DNA of 64,000 bases. It comes from a virus. Taxonomy: Duplodnaviria > Caudoviricetes. Below, one piece after another: positions 29,805-38,605 of the stretch (within the stretch, counting starts at the first letter, position 1; each line of letters starts with the position of its first letter). The stretch covers positions 32,001-96,000 of IMG/VR virus record IMGVR_UViG_3300021400_001148; one strand, written 5' to 3'. Position numbers and translations under genes: made by a program. A model generated the notes under the pieces. It did no database searches, had not been told where the DNA came from, and was given only the letters and a program-made list of their open reading frames with translations.

Positions 29805-30323
29805 ATGAGACTTACAGAAGAAGACCTTGTATATTTGGTAAACAGAACAGTTTCCCTACTGAAAGAGGATGTTAAAGTCAGTGAAGATTTCTGGCAGACA
29901 CTTGATGGTTCGGCGGCCGGCTATGAGAAAACCGAAGTGAAAACCGAAGACATGCCTAACGATGACAGTGATTCGGATGCGGAAGAAATCACAGATACCG
30001 AGTCTGGGAATGTGAGCGAACCCGAACATAAGGAAAACAATGCCCCGGTTGATGATGCGGACGATTCGGCAACGGATGTTGTGGGCACCGATGACAACGA
30101 TTCAGCACAAACCAAGAGTACAACCGGAAGTCAACTTGGGCAGGGCGGTGACCCGTTCAGTCAGAAGATAGGTGACAGTTCCTCAGAGAGCGACAATGGG
30201 GAAAGTACTGACACCAAAAACGACGGTTGGGGCAGTTCGGAAAAACTTGACAGTGTTGTCGGAGGGGTTATTGACAATTTCAAAAAAGAAGTCAATGAGG
30301 CCCGCAGGCACCAAAGACAATAA
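29805..30323 (+). CDS. highly acidic low-complexity protein, possibly an internal head protein
   Basis: MRLTEEDLVYLVNRTVSLLKE leader; Asp/Ser/Thr-rich body; TATTTAT upstream. Confidence 0.7.
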   Translation: MRLTEEDLVYLVNRTVSLLKEDVKVSEDFWQTLDGSAAGYEKTEVKTEDMPNDDSDSDAEEITDTESGNVSEPEHKENNAPVDDADDSATDVVGTDDNDSAQTKSTTGSQLGQGGDPFSQKIGDSSSESDNGESTDTKNDGWGSSEKLDSVVGGVIDNFKKEVNEARRHQRQ

Positions 30324-30324
30324 G

Positions 30325-30360
30325 AAAAATCCCTCGGAGTTCTCTGGGGGATTTCTTTTT
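30325..30360. terminator. bidirectional terminator
   Basis: AAAAATCCCTCGGAG..CTCTGGGGGATTTCTTTTT between convergent genes. Confidence 0.65.
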
Positions 30361-30856
30361 AAGGGAGGAAAATTAACACCACTAGAAGCAGTACTGCAAT
30401 CATCAGGGTATCAAACTGTTTTCTCTCAGTGTTTTTCATTGTATTATAATAGGTTTCCTCATAATCGTGGAAAATACTGATTCTGTATTCCCTCTGCCAG
30501 TCCTTCTTAATACATTCAAGACTATGTGAAATATTATTTGTTTTCAGAAAAACATAGTTCAACAGACTTACTACGAAGTTGTAAATTGCAATGGCCCATA
30601 CGAACAGATTTGCCAACGGAGTCCACGGGGCAACAGGAACCATCCCGAATAAAATCAAGACAATACCATACAAAGCAATGCCGGCATCAGACAGCCCACA
30701 TAAAATATCAGATTTTACGAGCCTGTCCCTGAATGCCGTCGGTGCACCGCGATGGGACGGTATTACCATAAAATCCTTAGCCGCAGTGTATCCAAAAATC
30801 AGGAAATGAAGCCCGCCGAGCAGTAGAAATACACAACCTATTATTGTCTCTATCAT
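30359..30856 (-). CDS. multi-pass membrane protein
   Basis: about 4 hydrophobic segments; promoter at 30872-30879 (-). Confidence 0.75.
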   Translation of the reverse strand: MIETIIGCVFLLLGGLHFLIFGYTAAKDFMVIPSHRGAPTAFRDRLVKSDILCGLSDAGIALYGIVLILFGMVPVAPWTPLANLFVWAIAIYNFVVSLLNYVFLKTNNISHSLECIKKDWQREYRISIFHDYEETYYNTMKNTERKQFDTLMIAVLLLVVLIFLP

Positions 30857-30883
30857 AAAGTTTTCTTTTGGCAAATATACAAA

Positions 30884-30912
30884 AAAATCCCCGGCATTGA
30901 AAGCCGGGGATA
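30884..30912 (-). terminator. intrinsic terminator abutting the next promoter
   Basis: ATCCCCGGC-ATTGAAA-GCCGGGGAT with an A-run on the plus strand. Confidence 0.7.
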
Positions 30913-30925
30913 AACAACAAGGGAA

Positions 30926-31408
30926 TCACTTGTTGAGTTGGTTTTCGTAGACATAGGCAATAATCGCAATGGCCTCGGAGATTGAAATCTTGTTGTCGTC
31001 GGCGAGGGCTTTTGCGAGAAGAGTTGAAAGAGTTGCCCAAGTGGTTGCGCTGAGGCTCTCCGGAAGGAGTTTGATGGCCTCCTGTGCGGCGACAATCTTT
31101 TCCGCAAGCGTAGCCTTTTCAGCAACATTGGATGCAAGATTGAGAGAATCGATGATGATAGGAAGATTTTTTTCCAGCCATTTCCTTACGGCAGGTACAT
31201 ATTTCGCACCGTATTTGGTATCAACAGTTCTAAGAATTGTCTCTACGATGTCCGCAGCCGCAGATTCGTTGAAGTCTTTGATGGTGTTTATTACGCTGAT
31301 AGCAATGGGGGCGTATTTCACCACGAAATCATCGACCTTTGATGATGTACTTTTAAACCAAGTCACAATCTTGGACCACAGGTTTTTGATTGTTTCAATG
31401 AATTTCAT
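30926..31408 (-). CDS. amphipathic hypothetical late protein
   Basis: starts MKFIETIKNLW; TATTTAT motif 16 nt upstream. Confidence 0.7.
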   Translation of the reverse strand: MKFIETIKNLWSKIVTWFKSTSSKVDDFVVKYAPIAISVINTIKDFNESAAADIVETILRTVDTKYGAKYVPAVRKWLEKNLPIIIDSLNLASNVAEKATLAEKIVAAQEAIKLLPESLSATTWATLSTLLAKALADDNKISISEAIAIIAYVYENQLNK

Positions 31409-31490
31409 AATAATGCATTTTCTTATAAATATTGCGCCCAGCCGGTTAGTTTTTCCCATCCTTTTTGTATATTTGCGAAAACAAAGAGAA

Positions 31491-32186
31491 ATGGAAGATT
31501 GCAGCAAGTACATTTTCATTTGGAAAAACGATTTCTTCCGAATGACCGACTACTTTTTCGATAAGAAAAAGAAGATATTCTATGACCTCACCAATATTAA
31601 GACTGGTGAGGAATATTCGGATGTGCCTCAGGATGAAGTTGTAATATATAAGGGTGTGTATTCCGTGGATGGTTTGAAAGATTTGCCGTCCCCAGACTTT
31701 CTTTTTTTCTGGAGACCTTTTAATTTCGGAAAGAGAATCGGCCCCGGGGTGTTTTCTCAGTGGTATGTTTCACCGTTTGTTATTGATGGCATAACATACG
31801 ATACAGCCGAAAGGTATATGATGGCACAGAAGGCAAAATATTTCAACGACATTGATGTATTCCATCAGATTATGTCTGCTGAAACTGCTGCCGAGTGTAA
31901 AATACTTGGGAAAAAAGTGAAAAATTTTGTTGAGGACAAGTGGGATGAGGTGAAAGGTGCTATTATATTCAATGCCAACATCGCTAAGTTCTCCCAAAAC
32001 AAAGTTCTTAGAAAATATCTTCTTGCAACCAAAGACACCGTTCTTGCCGAGGCTTCCCCGTTTGACAGGGTATATGGAATTGGAATGCTGGCAGATTCAG
32101 ATGCAAGGATTTGGTCCAATTGGAAGGGGCAAAATCTTCTTGGCTTTGTGCTGATGGAGGTCCGTGATTATCTGAGGAAAAAATGA
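31491..32186 (+). CDS. NADAR (YbiA/RibX-like) family protein
   Basis: FSQWY, AE.YMMAQKA..F.D, K.LG..V, AKFSQN, LAEASP.D...GIG and G.NLLG..LM.VR motifs; start reassigned. Confidence 0.92.
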   Translation: MEDCSKYIFIWKNDFFRMTDYFFDKKKKIFYDLTNIKTGEEYSDVPQDEVVIYKGVYSVDGLKDLPSPDFLFFWRPFNFGKRIGPGVFSQWYVSPFVIDGITYDTAERYMMAQKAKYFNDIDVFHQIMSAETAAECKILGKKVKNFVEDKWDEVKGAIIFNANIAKFSQNKVLRKYLLATKDTVLAEASPFDRVYGIGMLADSDARIWSNWKGQNLLGFVLMEVRDYLRKK

Positions 32187-32389
32187 GAGAGGATTCGCCA
32201 AAAATAGATGACTGGTTCGTATATAACCGACAACTCCGTAGGGCTGGTGTTTCTTTGGGATGGGAGGAATATGACAGGAATTTTTATTATGCTCACGGAT
32301 ACAGGGACGGCCCGCCACCAGATTGTCTTTTAATGAAATACAATGGCGTGTTAACGCGAGTCATTAAGATGGATGAGTTTGGCTTGTAG
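32183..32389 (+). CDS. hypothetical protein
   Basis: ATGA-coupled ORF. Confidence 0.55.
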   Translation: MREDSPKIDDWFVYNRQLRRAGVSLGWEEYDRNFYYAHGYRDGPPPDCLLMKYNGVLTRVIKMDEFGL

Positions 32390-32473
32390 TCTTGCGCCTG
32401 GAATCAAGACATTTGTGAAAGTATTTGTATATTTGTAAAAAGAAACGAGAAACTTAATTTAAAACAAAATTTT

Positions 32474-32899
32474 ATGAAGCGTTTTGCAGACATCAAGAAG
32501 GGAGACTCAGTCTACCTTATTTTCATCAACAAGGCCAATGGCTTCGGCGAAAACATCTACGAGTACAAGGTTAAGAACATCCACGCAACCTACCGCGACC
32601 GTTTCGGTGAGAAGGGCAAGATGGTGAACATGGCTGGTACCTATACCCTTGAGAATCCTCGTCACCGCTCAAGGTATCTCAGGAATCTCGAACTTTCTTT
32701 CGGTCCCGGTAGCCAGTTCGACACAAAGATGACCGAAAGGTCTAAGTTCATGGCCTTCACCACCGAGGACGAGGCTTCCTCTTTCTTCTCACGTTGGGTG
32801 GATGACCGTGTCAACGCCCTCAATGCTGAAATCAAGCGACTCCACAAGCGTGACGAGAAGAAATGCGTCCGCAAGTACAAGGGTGAAGATAATGCTTGA
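32474..32899 (+). CDS. hypothetical protein
   Basis: own promoter; C-ending codon bias; N-terminus F..IK.GD resembles 44918. Confidence 0.75.
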   Translation: MKRFADIKKGDSVYLIFINKANGFGENIYEYKVKNIHATYRDRFGEKGKMVNMAGTYTLENPRHRSRYLRNLELSFGPGSQFDTKMTERSKFMAFTTEDEASSFFSRWVDDRVNALNAEIKRLHKRDEKKCVRKYKGEDNA

Positions 32900-33074
32900 G
32901 TTTTCTTTTTATGTGGTTTTAATACCACTTTTTATTGTTTTTTATTTGTCAATCGACTGGCCTCGGCATCAACCGGAAAACAGGTGGCTCCGGGGCCTTT
33001 CAAAAATTTTTTTGGGAATTGTTTGGCCCGTTTCAAATATCGTGTTTTTGTTTCACCTTTTAATGAGAGATTAG
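32892..33074 (+). CDS. small membrane protein
   Basis: two hydrophobic stretches; VWP. Confidence 0.55.
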   Translation: MLEFSFYVVLIPLFIVFYLSIDWPRHQPENRWLRGLSKIFLGIVWPVSNIVFLFHLLMRD

Positions 33075-33076
33075 GA

Positions 33077-33226
33077 ATGGCAAAGTACAAAGTTGAACTT
33101 AAAATGGTCTACTATGTAGACAATGTGGTAGACAAATATGATGCAATAGATGCAGCATATGGAAAACTTCTTGCCGGCGAAGAGGCTTTCCAGAAGGAAT
33201 GCAAAAGTGAACTAATTTCAGAATAG
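33077..33226 (+). CDS. small hypothetical protein
   Basis: MAKYKVELK..., coupled on both sides. Confidence 0.6.
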   Translation: MAKYKVELKMVYYVDNVVDKYDAIDAAYGKLLAGEEAFQKECKSELISE

Positions 33227-33228
33227 GT

Positions 33229-34059
33229 ATGGATAAATATGGAGAAATACTCCTTCTTGGTCCCTGTAGGCTGAAGTGTTTTTATTGCCTCGGCCGCGAG
33301 ATGAAAAAAGCGGCCAAGATTTCTTGCCTTGGAAAGCACTTCACTGAGTGGCCAAACTTCAATGTTTTCATACAAACCCTTTTGGATGAGGGCATCGACA
33401 AGGTTTACATTTCATCTGTGAATACAGACCCGCTTCTTTACGGATATATCAGTGAATTAATCGACTTTCTTAATACAAAGTTTAAGTATGTCGGTATTCG
33501 TATTAATGCGGCAATGCTCAATATAACAAAATATAGTCTGCTTGATAAACTCACGGAAGAAATATCAATCTCCTTAAATTCTAACCGTATTGGAAGGAGT
33601 CTTAGGATAGCGGGGCCCGCAGCCGGTCAGGAATGGCGGAATCTTTGTGAATACCTCGACACCAAACCTGGAGAAAAGCATACTATCAGGTTAAGTATAG
33701 TTGTAAACCGGCATAATGAGGATTGCATTCCGGAAATACTTGGATTTATCAGGGATAAATACTCAAAGCAAGTACAATATGTACAACTGAGAAAAGTTTA
33801 CAAATACAAAGACAAACGGCATACAAAGGAAGATTGGGAAGCATTTGAAAATACGAAGCGATGGCTTGAAGACAACAGTAGTTCTCAGGATGGATTCTAC
33901 GAATCACGAGTCTTTTCCTTCGGTGGGCTTAAAGTCTCGCTTTGGGAGGATGTTTTCTCACCGAACAGCGTTAAATCATTGAACTATTTTCCGACGGGGT
34001 TAATATCGAGAAACCATCTGCTTGTTCCCGCTTTTGAAAATGAAGAAATCTCGGACTAG
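33229..34059 (+). CDS. radical SAM protein
   Basis: CxxxCxxC motif (CRLKCFYC); TDPLLY; ISLNS. Confidence 0.8.
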   Translation: MDKYGEILLLGPCRLKCFYCLGREMKKAAKISCLGKHFTEWPNFNVFIQTLLDEGIDKVYISSVNTDPLLYGYISELIDFLNTKFKYVGIRINAAMLNITKYSLLDKLTEEISISLNSNRIGRSLRIAGPAAGQEWRNLCEYLDTKPGEKHTIRLSIVVNRHNEDCIPEILGFIRDKYSKQVQYVQLRKVYKYKDKRHTKEDWEAFENTKRWLEDNSSSQDGFYESRVFSFGGLKVSLWEDVFSPNSVKSLNYFPTGLISRNHLLVPAFENEEISD

Positions 34060-34077
34060 TCTCCGGGGTTTCTTTTT
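34045..34077 (+). terminator. intrinsic terminator
   Basis: GAAATCTCGGA..TCCGGGGTTTCTTTTT. Confidence 0.55.
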
Positions 34078-34139
34078 AGTTGTGTATCATATAGGCAGTC
34101 GCATTATTGTGACTTTTTTTTGTATATTTGCAACGCGGG

Positions 34140-34188
34140 ATTCATCCCAATGACTAAAGCCGTGAGTTTTTTCCCGTAATTATCATAA
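34140..34188 (-). mobile_element. possible degenerate IS200/IS605 end remnant
   Basis: ATTCATCCCAATGACTAAAGCCGTGAGTTTTTTCCC: imperfect hairpin around CTAAAG; no tnpA or tnpB nearby. Confidence 0.35.
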
Positions 34189-34208
34189 AAAAAAAACAAG
34201 GAATTAAT

Positions 34209-34982
34209 ATGGAGCCAATAAAACTTTTGAGAGGTGATGCGTGCGAGGAATTGAGATACATCAAAGACGAGTCCGTTGATTTGGTGGTGACGAGTCCGCC
34301 ATATGATAACTTGAGGAAATACAACGGTGCTGGCGATTCTTGGAACCACGAAAAGTTTGAATGCATTGCGCAGCAACTTGCCCGAGTCCTTAAAAAAGGC
34401 GGCGTGATAGTGTGGGTTGTAAATGATAAGACCGAAAAGGGGTCAAAAACTGGCACTTCTTTCCGCCAGGCACTTTATTTTAAAGATGTGTGTGGTCTGA
34501 ACATCAATGATGTTATGATATGGAATTTGACCAACCCTATGCCACAGGTGAAGCAGCCACGATATTCCCATAAGTTTGAGTATATGTTTGTTTTCTCAAA
34601 AGGTGCACCGAAAACATTCAACCCTATCATGAGGAAAACAAAATCTGGAGGAAAACTTTATGATTCAACGGCCAAGAATATGGGCGGAGAAAGCGGGCGT
34701 CATAAACTTACTTATACAATAAATTCCGAGGCTGTTGATTACAATATTTGGGATATAGCCGTTGCACAGAACAAAACACCACATCCTGCGGTTTTTCCCT
34801 ATGAGATACCATACCGCCACATCAAATCGTGGTCTAACGAGGGTGATGTCGTCCTCGACCCGTTTATGGGGAGTGGGACGACCGGATTGGCTGCGATGGA
34901 CCTCAATCGTAAATTTATTGGTATAGAAATTAATGAGGATTACTTCACTTTAGCAGAAAACAGAATCACCGCATACAGATGA
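34209..34982 (+). CDS. beta-class N4-C/N6-A DNA methyltransferase
   Basis: VTSPPY, HPAVFP and VLDPFMGSGTT motifs. Confidence 0.93.
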   Translation: MEPIKLLRGDACEELRYIKDESVDLVVTSPPYDNLRKYNGAGDSWNHEKFECIAQQLARVLKKGGVIVWVVNDKTEKGSKTGTSFRQALYFKDVCGLNINDVMIWNLTNPMPQVKQPRYSHKFEYMFVFSKGAPKTFNPIMRKTKSGGKLYDSTAKNMGGESGRHKLTYTINSEAVDYNIWDIAVAQNKTPHPAVFPYEIPYRHIKSWSNEGDVVLDPFMGSGTTGLAAMDLNRKFIGIEINEDYFTLAENRITAYR

Positions 34983-35779
34983 AAACTGAGGAAATGGAAA
35001 AAATAGAGAAGTTTTACACTGAAGTCTATAATGAGGATAATCGCCTTAGAAATTCTACTGATAGGAGACATCAAGTAGAGGCAATTACTAAAAATTGTTT
35101 GCTGAACAGTGTAATAACCCCTGGTGACTGCGTTGCTGAAATCGGGGCCGGGAAAGGTTTTTGGGTTGGAAAACTTCTTGATATGGGGTGTTCTGTGAAA
35201 GCCTTCGACCTTGTTGAAGAACATGTAAGCATACTTAATGAAAGATTTAGGGGGCATCCGCGTTTTCTTGGCGCCAAAGTTTTGAACATTGCGGAACGAC
35301 CTTCCTGCGATGGGAAAAAATATGATGCTGTACTATTGTCCGGCCCGCTTTACCACCTCAAAGGCGACACTGACCGTATAAATGCCATTAAAAATGCAAG
35401 TAGGATGGTACTTTCCATGGGATGGCTTCTCATAGATTATTTAAGTCCTGCCAATGCTGCGTTGGAGTATATTCTTTCAGACGAAAAATCACCGAATACC
35501 TTCTGTCTTGACAAACCGAAAGAAGAAAACTTGTTTTCTTATTGCGAACCAGAAGAAATGGATTGGCTCTTGGATAAAAGCGTTAAAAATAAAATGTTTG
35601 TGTCACACCACCCCCTTGACGGAATGTCACGACTTTTCAGCGAACGCCTTGAGCGGCTTTCAGAATCTTCTTGGAAAGACTATCTCGCTTTATTGTGGGA
35701 AAAGGCGAGTCATCCGGTCACTGGGAAAGAGCTCTGCCACTGGAGTGAACATAACCTCGTGAAAATGCAAATTTTATGA
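34979..35779 (+). CDS. class I SAM-dependent methyltransferase
   Basis: EIGAGKG, FDL and YDAVLLSGPLYHL motifs. Confidence 0.88.
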   Translation: MKTEEMEKIEKFYTEVYNEDNRLRNSTDRRHQVEAITKNCLLNSVITPGDCVAEIGAGKGFWVGKLLDMGCSVKAFDLVEEHVSILNERFRGHPRFLGAKVLNIAERPSCDGKKYDAVLLSGPLYHLKGDTDRINAIKNASRMVLSMGWLLIDYLSPANAALEYILSDEKSPNTFCLDKPKEENLFSYCEPEEMDWLLDKSVKNKMFVSHHPLDGMSRLFSERLERLSESSWKDYLALLWEKASHPVTGKELCHWSEHNLVKMQIL

Positions 35780-36078
35780 GTGAAGAAAAAAACTACAGCC
35801 GAATTAAACTTTGGATACTTAAGGCATTTTTAAACACCCGTGGATATTTGAGATACCTGAGACTTAAAAAGAATGTATCTTATTTTGGTGGAAGGAATAA
35901 CCGGCACGGGGTGTATATGGGGAAGAGAACCTTCTATGAGACATTCAATGTTACCGGGCCGGGATATTGCTATTGGGATTCGAAACCAATAGAATATAAG
36001 TTGTGGGAACTTGGAATGTGGAAATGGAAACGCGTTGGCAGTAGCAAGTTGCGCCGTACAAAACGGTGGACGAAATAG
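35776..36078 (+). CDS. basic hypothetical protein
   Basis: ATGA-coupled ORF. Confidence 0.55.
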   Translation: MSEEKNYSRIKLWILKAFLNTRGYLRYLRLKKNVSYFGGRNNRHGVYMGKRTFYETFNVTGPGYCYWDSKPIEYKLWELGMWKWKRVGSSKLRRTKRWTK

Positions 36079-36096
36079 TTTTTGTATATTTGCCAT

Positions 36097-36603
36097 ATGA
36101 AAAAAATTCTTTTTATATTGATAACTCTAATGGCTGTGTCGTGTGTCAAAAACATACCCGACAACAACTCATGCCCTACCCCCGTCTTCCATTTTCTTGA
36201 AGAAGGGGAATACACGCTTATTGGTGGTGTAAAAACGAGGTATTCATTGTCCTTTTCCGGCAGCCCGACTGACGGTTATAATTGGGTTACGGAGTATAGT
36301 AGGGAAAAGGAGCCCGACCGGTTCTGGACAGTTCTCAATTACAACGATATTCCGACACTTAAAAAGAACTTTAGTGAACTGAATTATGTTGTAATGAATA
36401 TGGTCTTTGTTGAGGGGTGGAAGATTTCTGTCTATGACAATACTGGAAAAGCATTTGATTTTACACTGAGTCAAAAATACTGTGTTGATGGTGAGCGAAT
36501 TCTTGTACTTGCATCAGAGCAAAAAACAATTGAAATTCCACACACCTTCATTGCCAAGGCCAATTTTTACATTGAAGAATACATTAAAAACAGCAAACTA
36601 TGA
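36097..36603 (+). CDS. putative lipoprotein
   Basis: MKKILFILITLMAVSC lipobox. Confidence 0.75.
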   Translation: MKKILFILITLMAVSCVKNIPDNNSCPTPVFHFLEEGEYTLIGGVKTRYSLSFSGSPTDGYNWVTEYSREKEPDRFWTVLNYNDIPTLKKNFSELNYVVMNMVFVEGWKISVYDNTGKAFDFTLSQKYCVDGERILVLASEQKTIEIPHTFIAKANFYIEEYIKNSKL

Positions 36604-37139
36604 ATATAGCATTGGTAGCCCACGATGGGCGTAAAAATGAATTACTAGAGTGGGTTGAATATAATTTGGAAGAGTTGAAAAACCATAATTTATTTGCAAC
36701 AGGTACAACTGGAAAGTTAATAAAATCTATTTCAAAAGAATACATATTAAATGATTATACTCCAACACCACGAGATTATGATGATTATGATGGTAGATAT
36801 GGTTCTACTTATGAAGTACCACATTGGCCAACATATCCTTTAGCAGATAAAGTAACATGTCTTTTGAGCGGTCCACTTGGTGGTGACCAACAGATTGGTG
36901 CAATGATAGCAGAAGGAAAAATTGATGTTCTTATTTTCTTCTGTGATAATCTTATTATGCAAGGTCATCAAAATGATGTATCAGCACTTACAAGACTGGC
37001 TTCGCTTTACAATATAGCGTTTGCAACGAATAGGACTACAGCGGATATGATATTAACATCTCCTTTGCTGAACGATAAAAATTACAAGCGGATTTTGCCA
37101 CCGGCAATAGAAACATATCAAAACAGACAGATTATATGA
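36600..37139 (+). CDS. mgsA: methylglyoxal synthase
   Basis: IALVAHD..K, ATGTTG, SGPLGGDQQIGA, H..DV.AL.R and ATN..TAD motifs. Confidence 0.93.
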   Translation: MNIALVAHDGRKNELLEWVEYNLEELKNHNLFATGTTGKLIKSISKEYILNDYTPTPRDYDDYDGRYGSTYEVPHWPTYPLADKVTCLLSGPLGGDQQIGAMIAEGKIDVLIFFCDNLIMQGHQNDVSALTRLASLYNIAFATNRTTADMILTSPLLNDKNYKRILPPAIETYQNRQII

Positions 37140-37396
37140 CAGGAATCGATTTAATTTCCCAAGAACGGGACGAACAAATTTACAAGCACGGCTACACAGT
37201 AACCAAAGACCTCCAGTACAAAAAAGACGAACTTATCTATGGGGCGTATGCTTATTTAACTGCTGCGTTGAGCGGTGAAGGCATTCATTACTGGCCGTTT
37301 AATCCTGAATCTTTTAAAGAGGGGGACAGAGTTAGTTGCCTTAAAAAAGCCGGTGCATTCATTGCGGCGGAGTTGGACAGACTCTTGGCTAATTGA
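37136..37396 (+). CDS. conserved phage hypothetical protein
   Basis: I..ER..Q...G...D.....EL...A...WP...L.KAGA.I.AE.DRL pattern. Confidence 0.75.
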   Translation: MTGIDLISQERDEQIYKHGYTVTKDLQYKKDELIYGAYAYLTAALSGEGIHYWPFNPESFKEGDRVSCLKKAGAFIAAELDRLLAN

Positions 37397-37443
37397 TTGC
37401 ACCATTCATTACATTTAAATACAATTTTAACGTAATCAAAAAC

Positions 37444-37866
37444 ATGTGTTTAGTAGTCGACAACAAATTTCATCCCACCGGCAAACCATTAACTGCAGGT
37501 GAAAACATCATAGTGGGAAAAGTACTAGCCATCTCTTATACGGGTAGATATTTAACCCCTTACCGTTTTAAAGAGGTTCGTTTTCACAATGATGAATGCA
37601 AACTTAAAAAGGTGTCACTAGGCGTGAAAACCGAATATTTTATGGAGGCTTTCGCTTCTTCTCCCAAGTTGTTTTTTGAAGTTGAGGAAGGCTATCATGC
37701 TTACACTTCCTTACCAATTGCACGGAATTTTGTAAGACACAGCGCTAATGGGAATACTTGGAAAATTTTCGAGGCATATATTCCGAAGGGGGCAGAATAT
37801 TATGTTGGAGTGGCGGGGGATATTGTTTCCTCGGAAATGGTAATCACTAACAAAATGATAAATTAA
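37444..37866 (+). CDS. Met-Cys family paralog 1
   Basis: MCL...K...TPY...EEGYHAY...AYIPKG.EYYVG..GDIVS. Confidence 0.85.
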   Translation: MCLVVDNKFHPTGKPLTAGENIIVGKVLAISYTGRYLTPYRFKEVRFHNDECKLKKVSLGVKTEYFMEAFASSPKLFFEVEEGYHAYTSLPIARNFVRHSANGNTWKIFEAYIPKGAEYYVGVAGDIVSSEMVITNKMIN

Positions 37867-37867
37867 A

Positions 37868-38311
37868 ATGTGTTTAGTAATAAATAAAAAGTTTCACAAA
37901 TCATGGCTGTTTTCCAGACCAAAGCCGCTTGTTGCTAAAACCAATATACCAGTGTTCAAAATATTGTTACCAATTCGTAATTTATACATTACACCATTTC
38001 AAAGAGCACGTGTATTTTTTGATGCCGACGGTGTTGCGGAAGGTAAAAAGACTGCTTTAGGCTTACAGCATCGACGATTTGAGGGTGAGAGCTGGTGGGA
38101 AGTGAATGAAGGATATCATAGTTACACGAATTCTATTGATGGAAAAGCAGCACTTGTAGATACACCGAGCGGTTCAATCTTCAATGCTGTAATCCCAAAG
38201 GGAAGCCTATACTATATTGGGGAAAACGGGGATGTGGTTTCTGACCAATTAGTGATATTGTCGCATCAGTACAACGGCGAAGGATATGATTTTTACAATT
38301 ACTCTAAATAA
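37868..38311 (+). CDS. Met-Cys family paralog 2
   Basis: MCL...FK...TPF...NEGYHSY...AVIPKG.LYYIG..GDVVS. Confidence 0.85.
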   Translation: MCLVINKKFHKSWLFSRPKPLVAKTNIPVFKILLPIRNLYITPFQRARVFFDADGVAEGKKTALGLQHRRFEGESWWEVNEGYHSYTNSIDGKAALVDTPSGSIFNAVIPKGSLYYIGENGDVVSDQLVILSHQYNGEGYDFYNYSK

Positions 38312-38317
38312 AAACGC

Positions 38318-38605
38318 ATGACTGATTACGAACTTTACGAACCGCACATTGAAAAGGCGGCATCCGAATACGCCGAAAACATTTGCAGAGAGGCAAACCT
38401 TTCAAAGTTTACTTGCCCAGGAGTTGATTACGCGTGCCGTAATATGGCTTTGCGACTATTATTAGATGGAATCGCGAAGCCCGACGATATTCTTGCTTTT
38501 CTTAATAGGAACAGCGGGCGATACAAAGGAAAATATATGGATTTTTGGTGGAATGTTAATAATAAATATAGGGATTATGTGCTTGACAATAAAATCCAAA
38601 AGTGA
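38318..38605 (+). CDS. hypothetical protein
   Basis: 95-aa ORF between paralogs. Confidence 0.6.
   Translation: MTDYELYEPHIEKAASEYAENICREANLSKFTCPGVDYACRNMALRLLLDGIAKPDDILAFLNRNSGRYKGKYMDFWWNVNNKYRDYVLDNKIQK

Noticed and set aside
30969-31490. N-terminal extension of NADAR
   Set aside because: It is the antisense shadow of 30926-31408; a promoter at 31432-31475 precedes ATG 31491.
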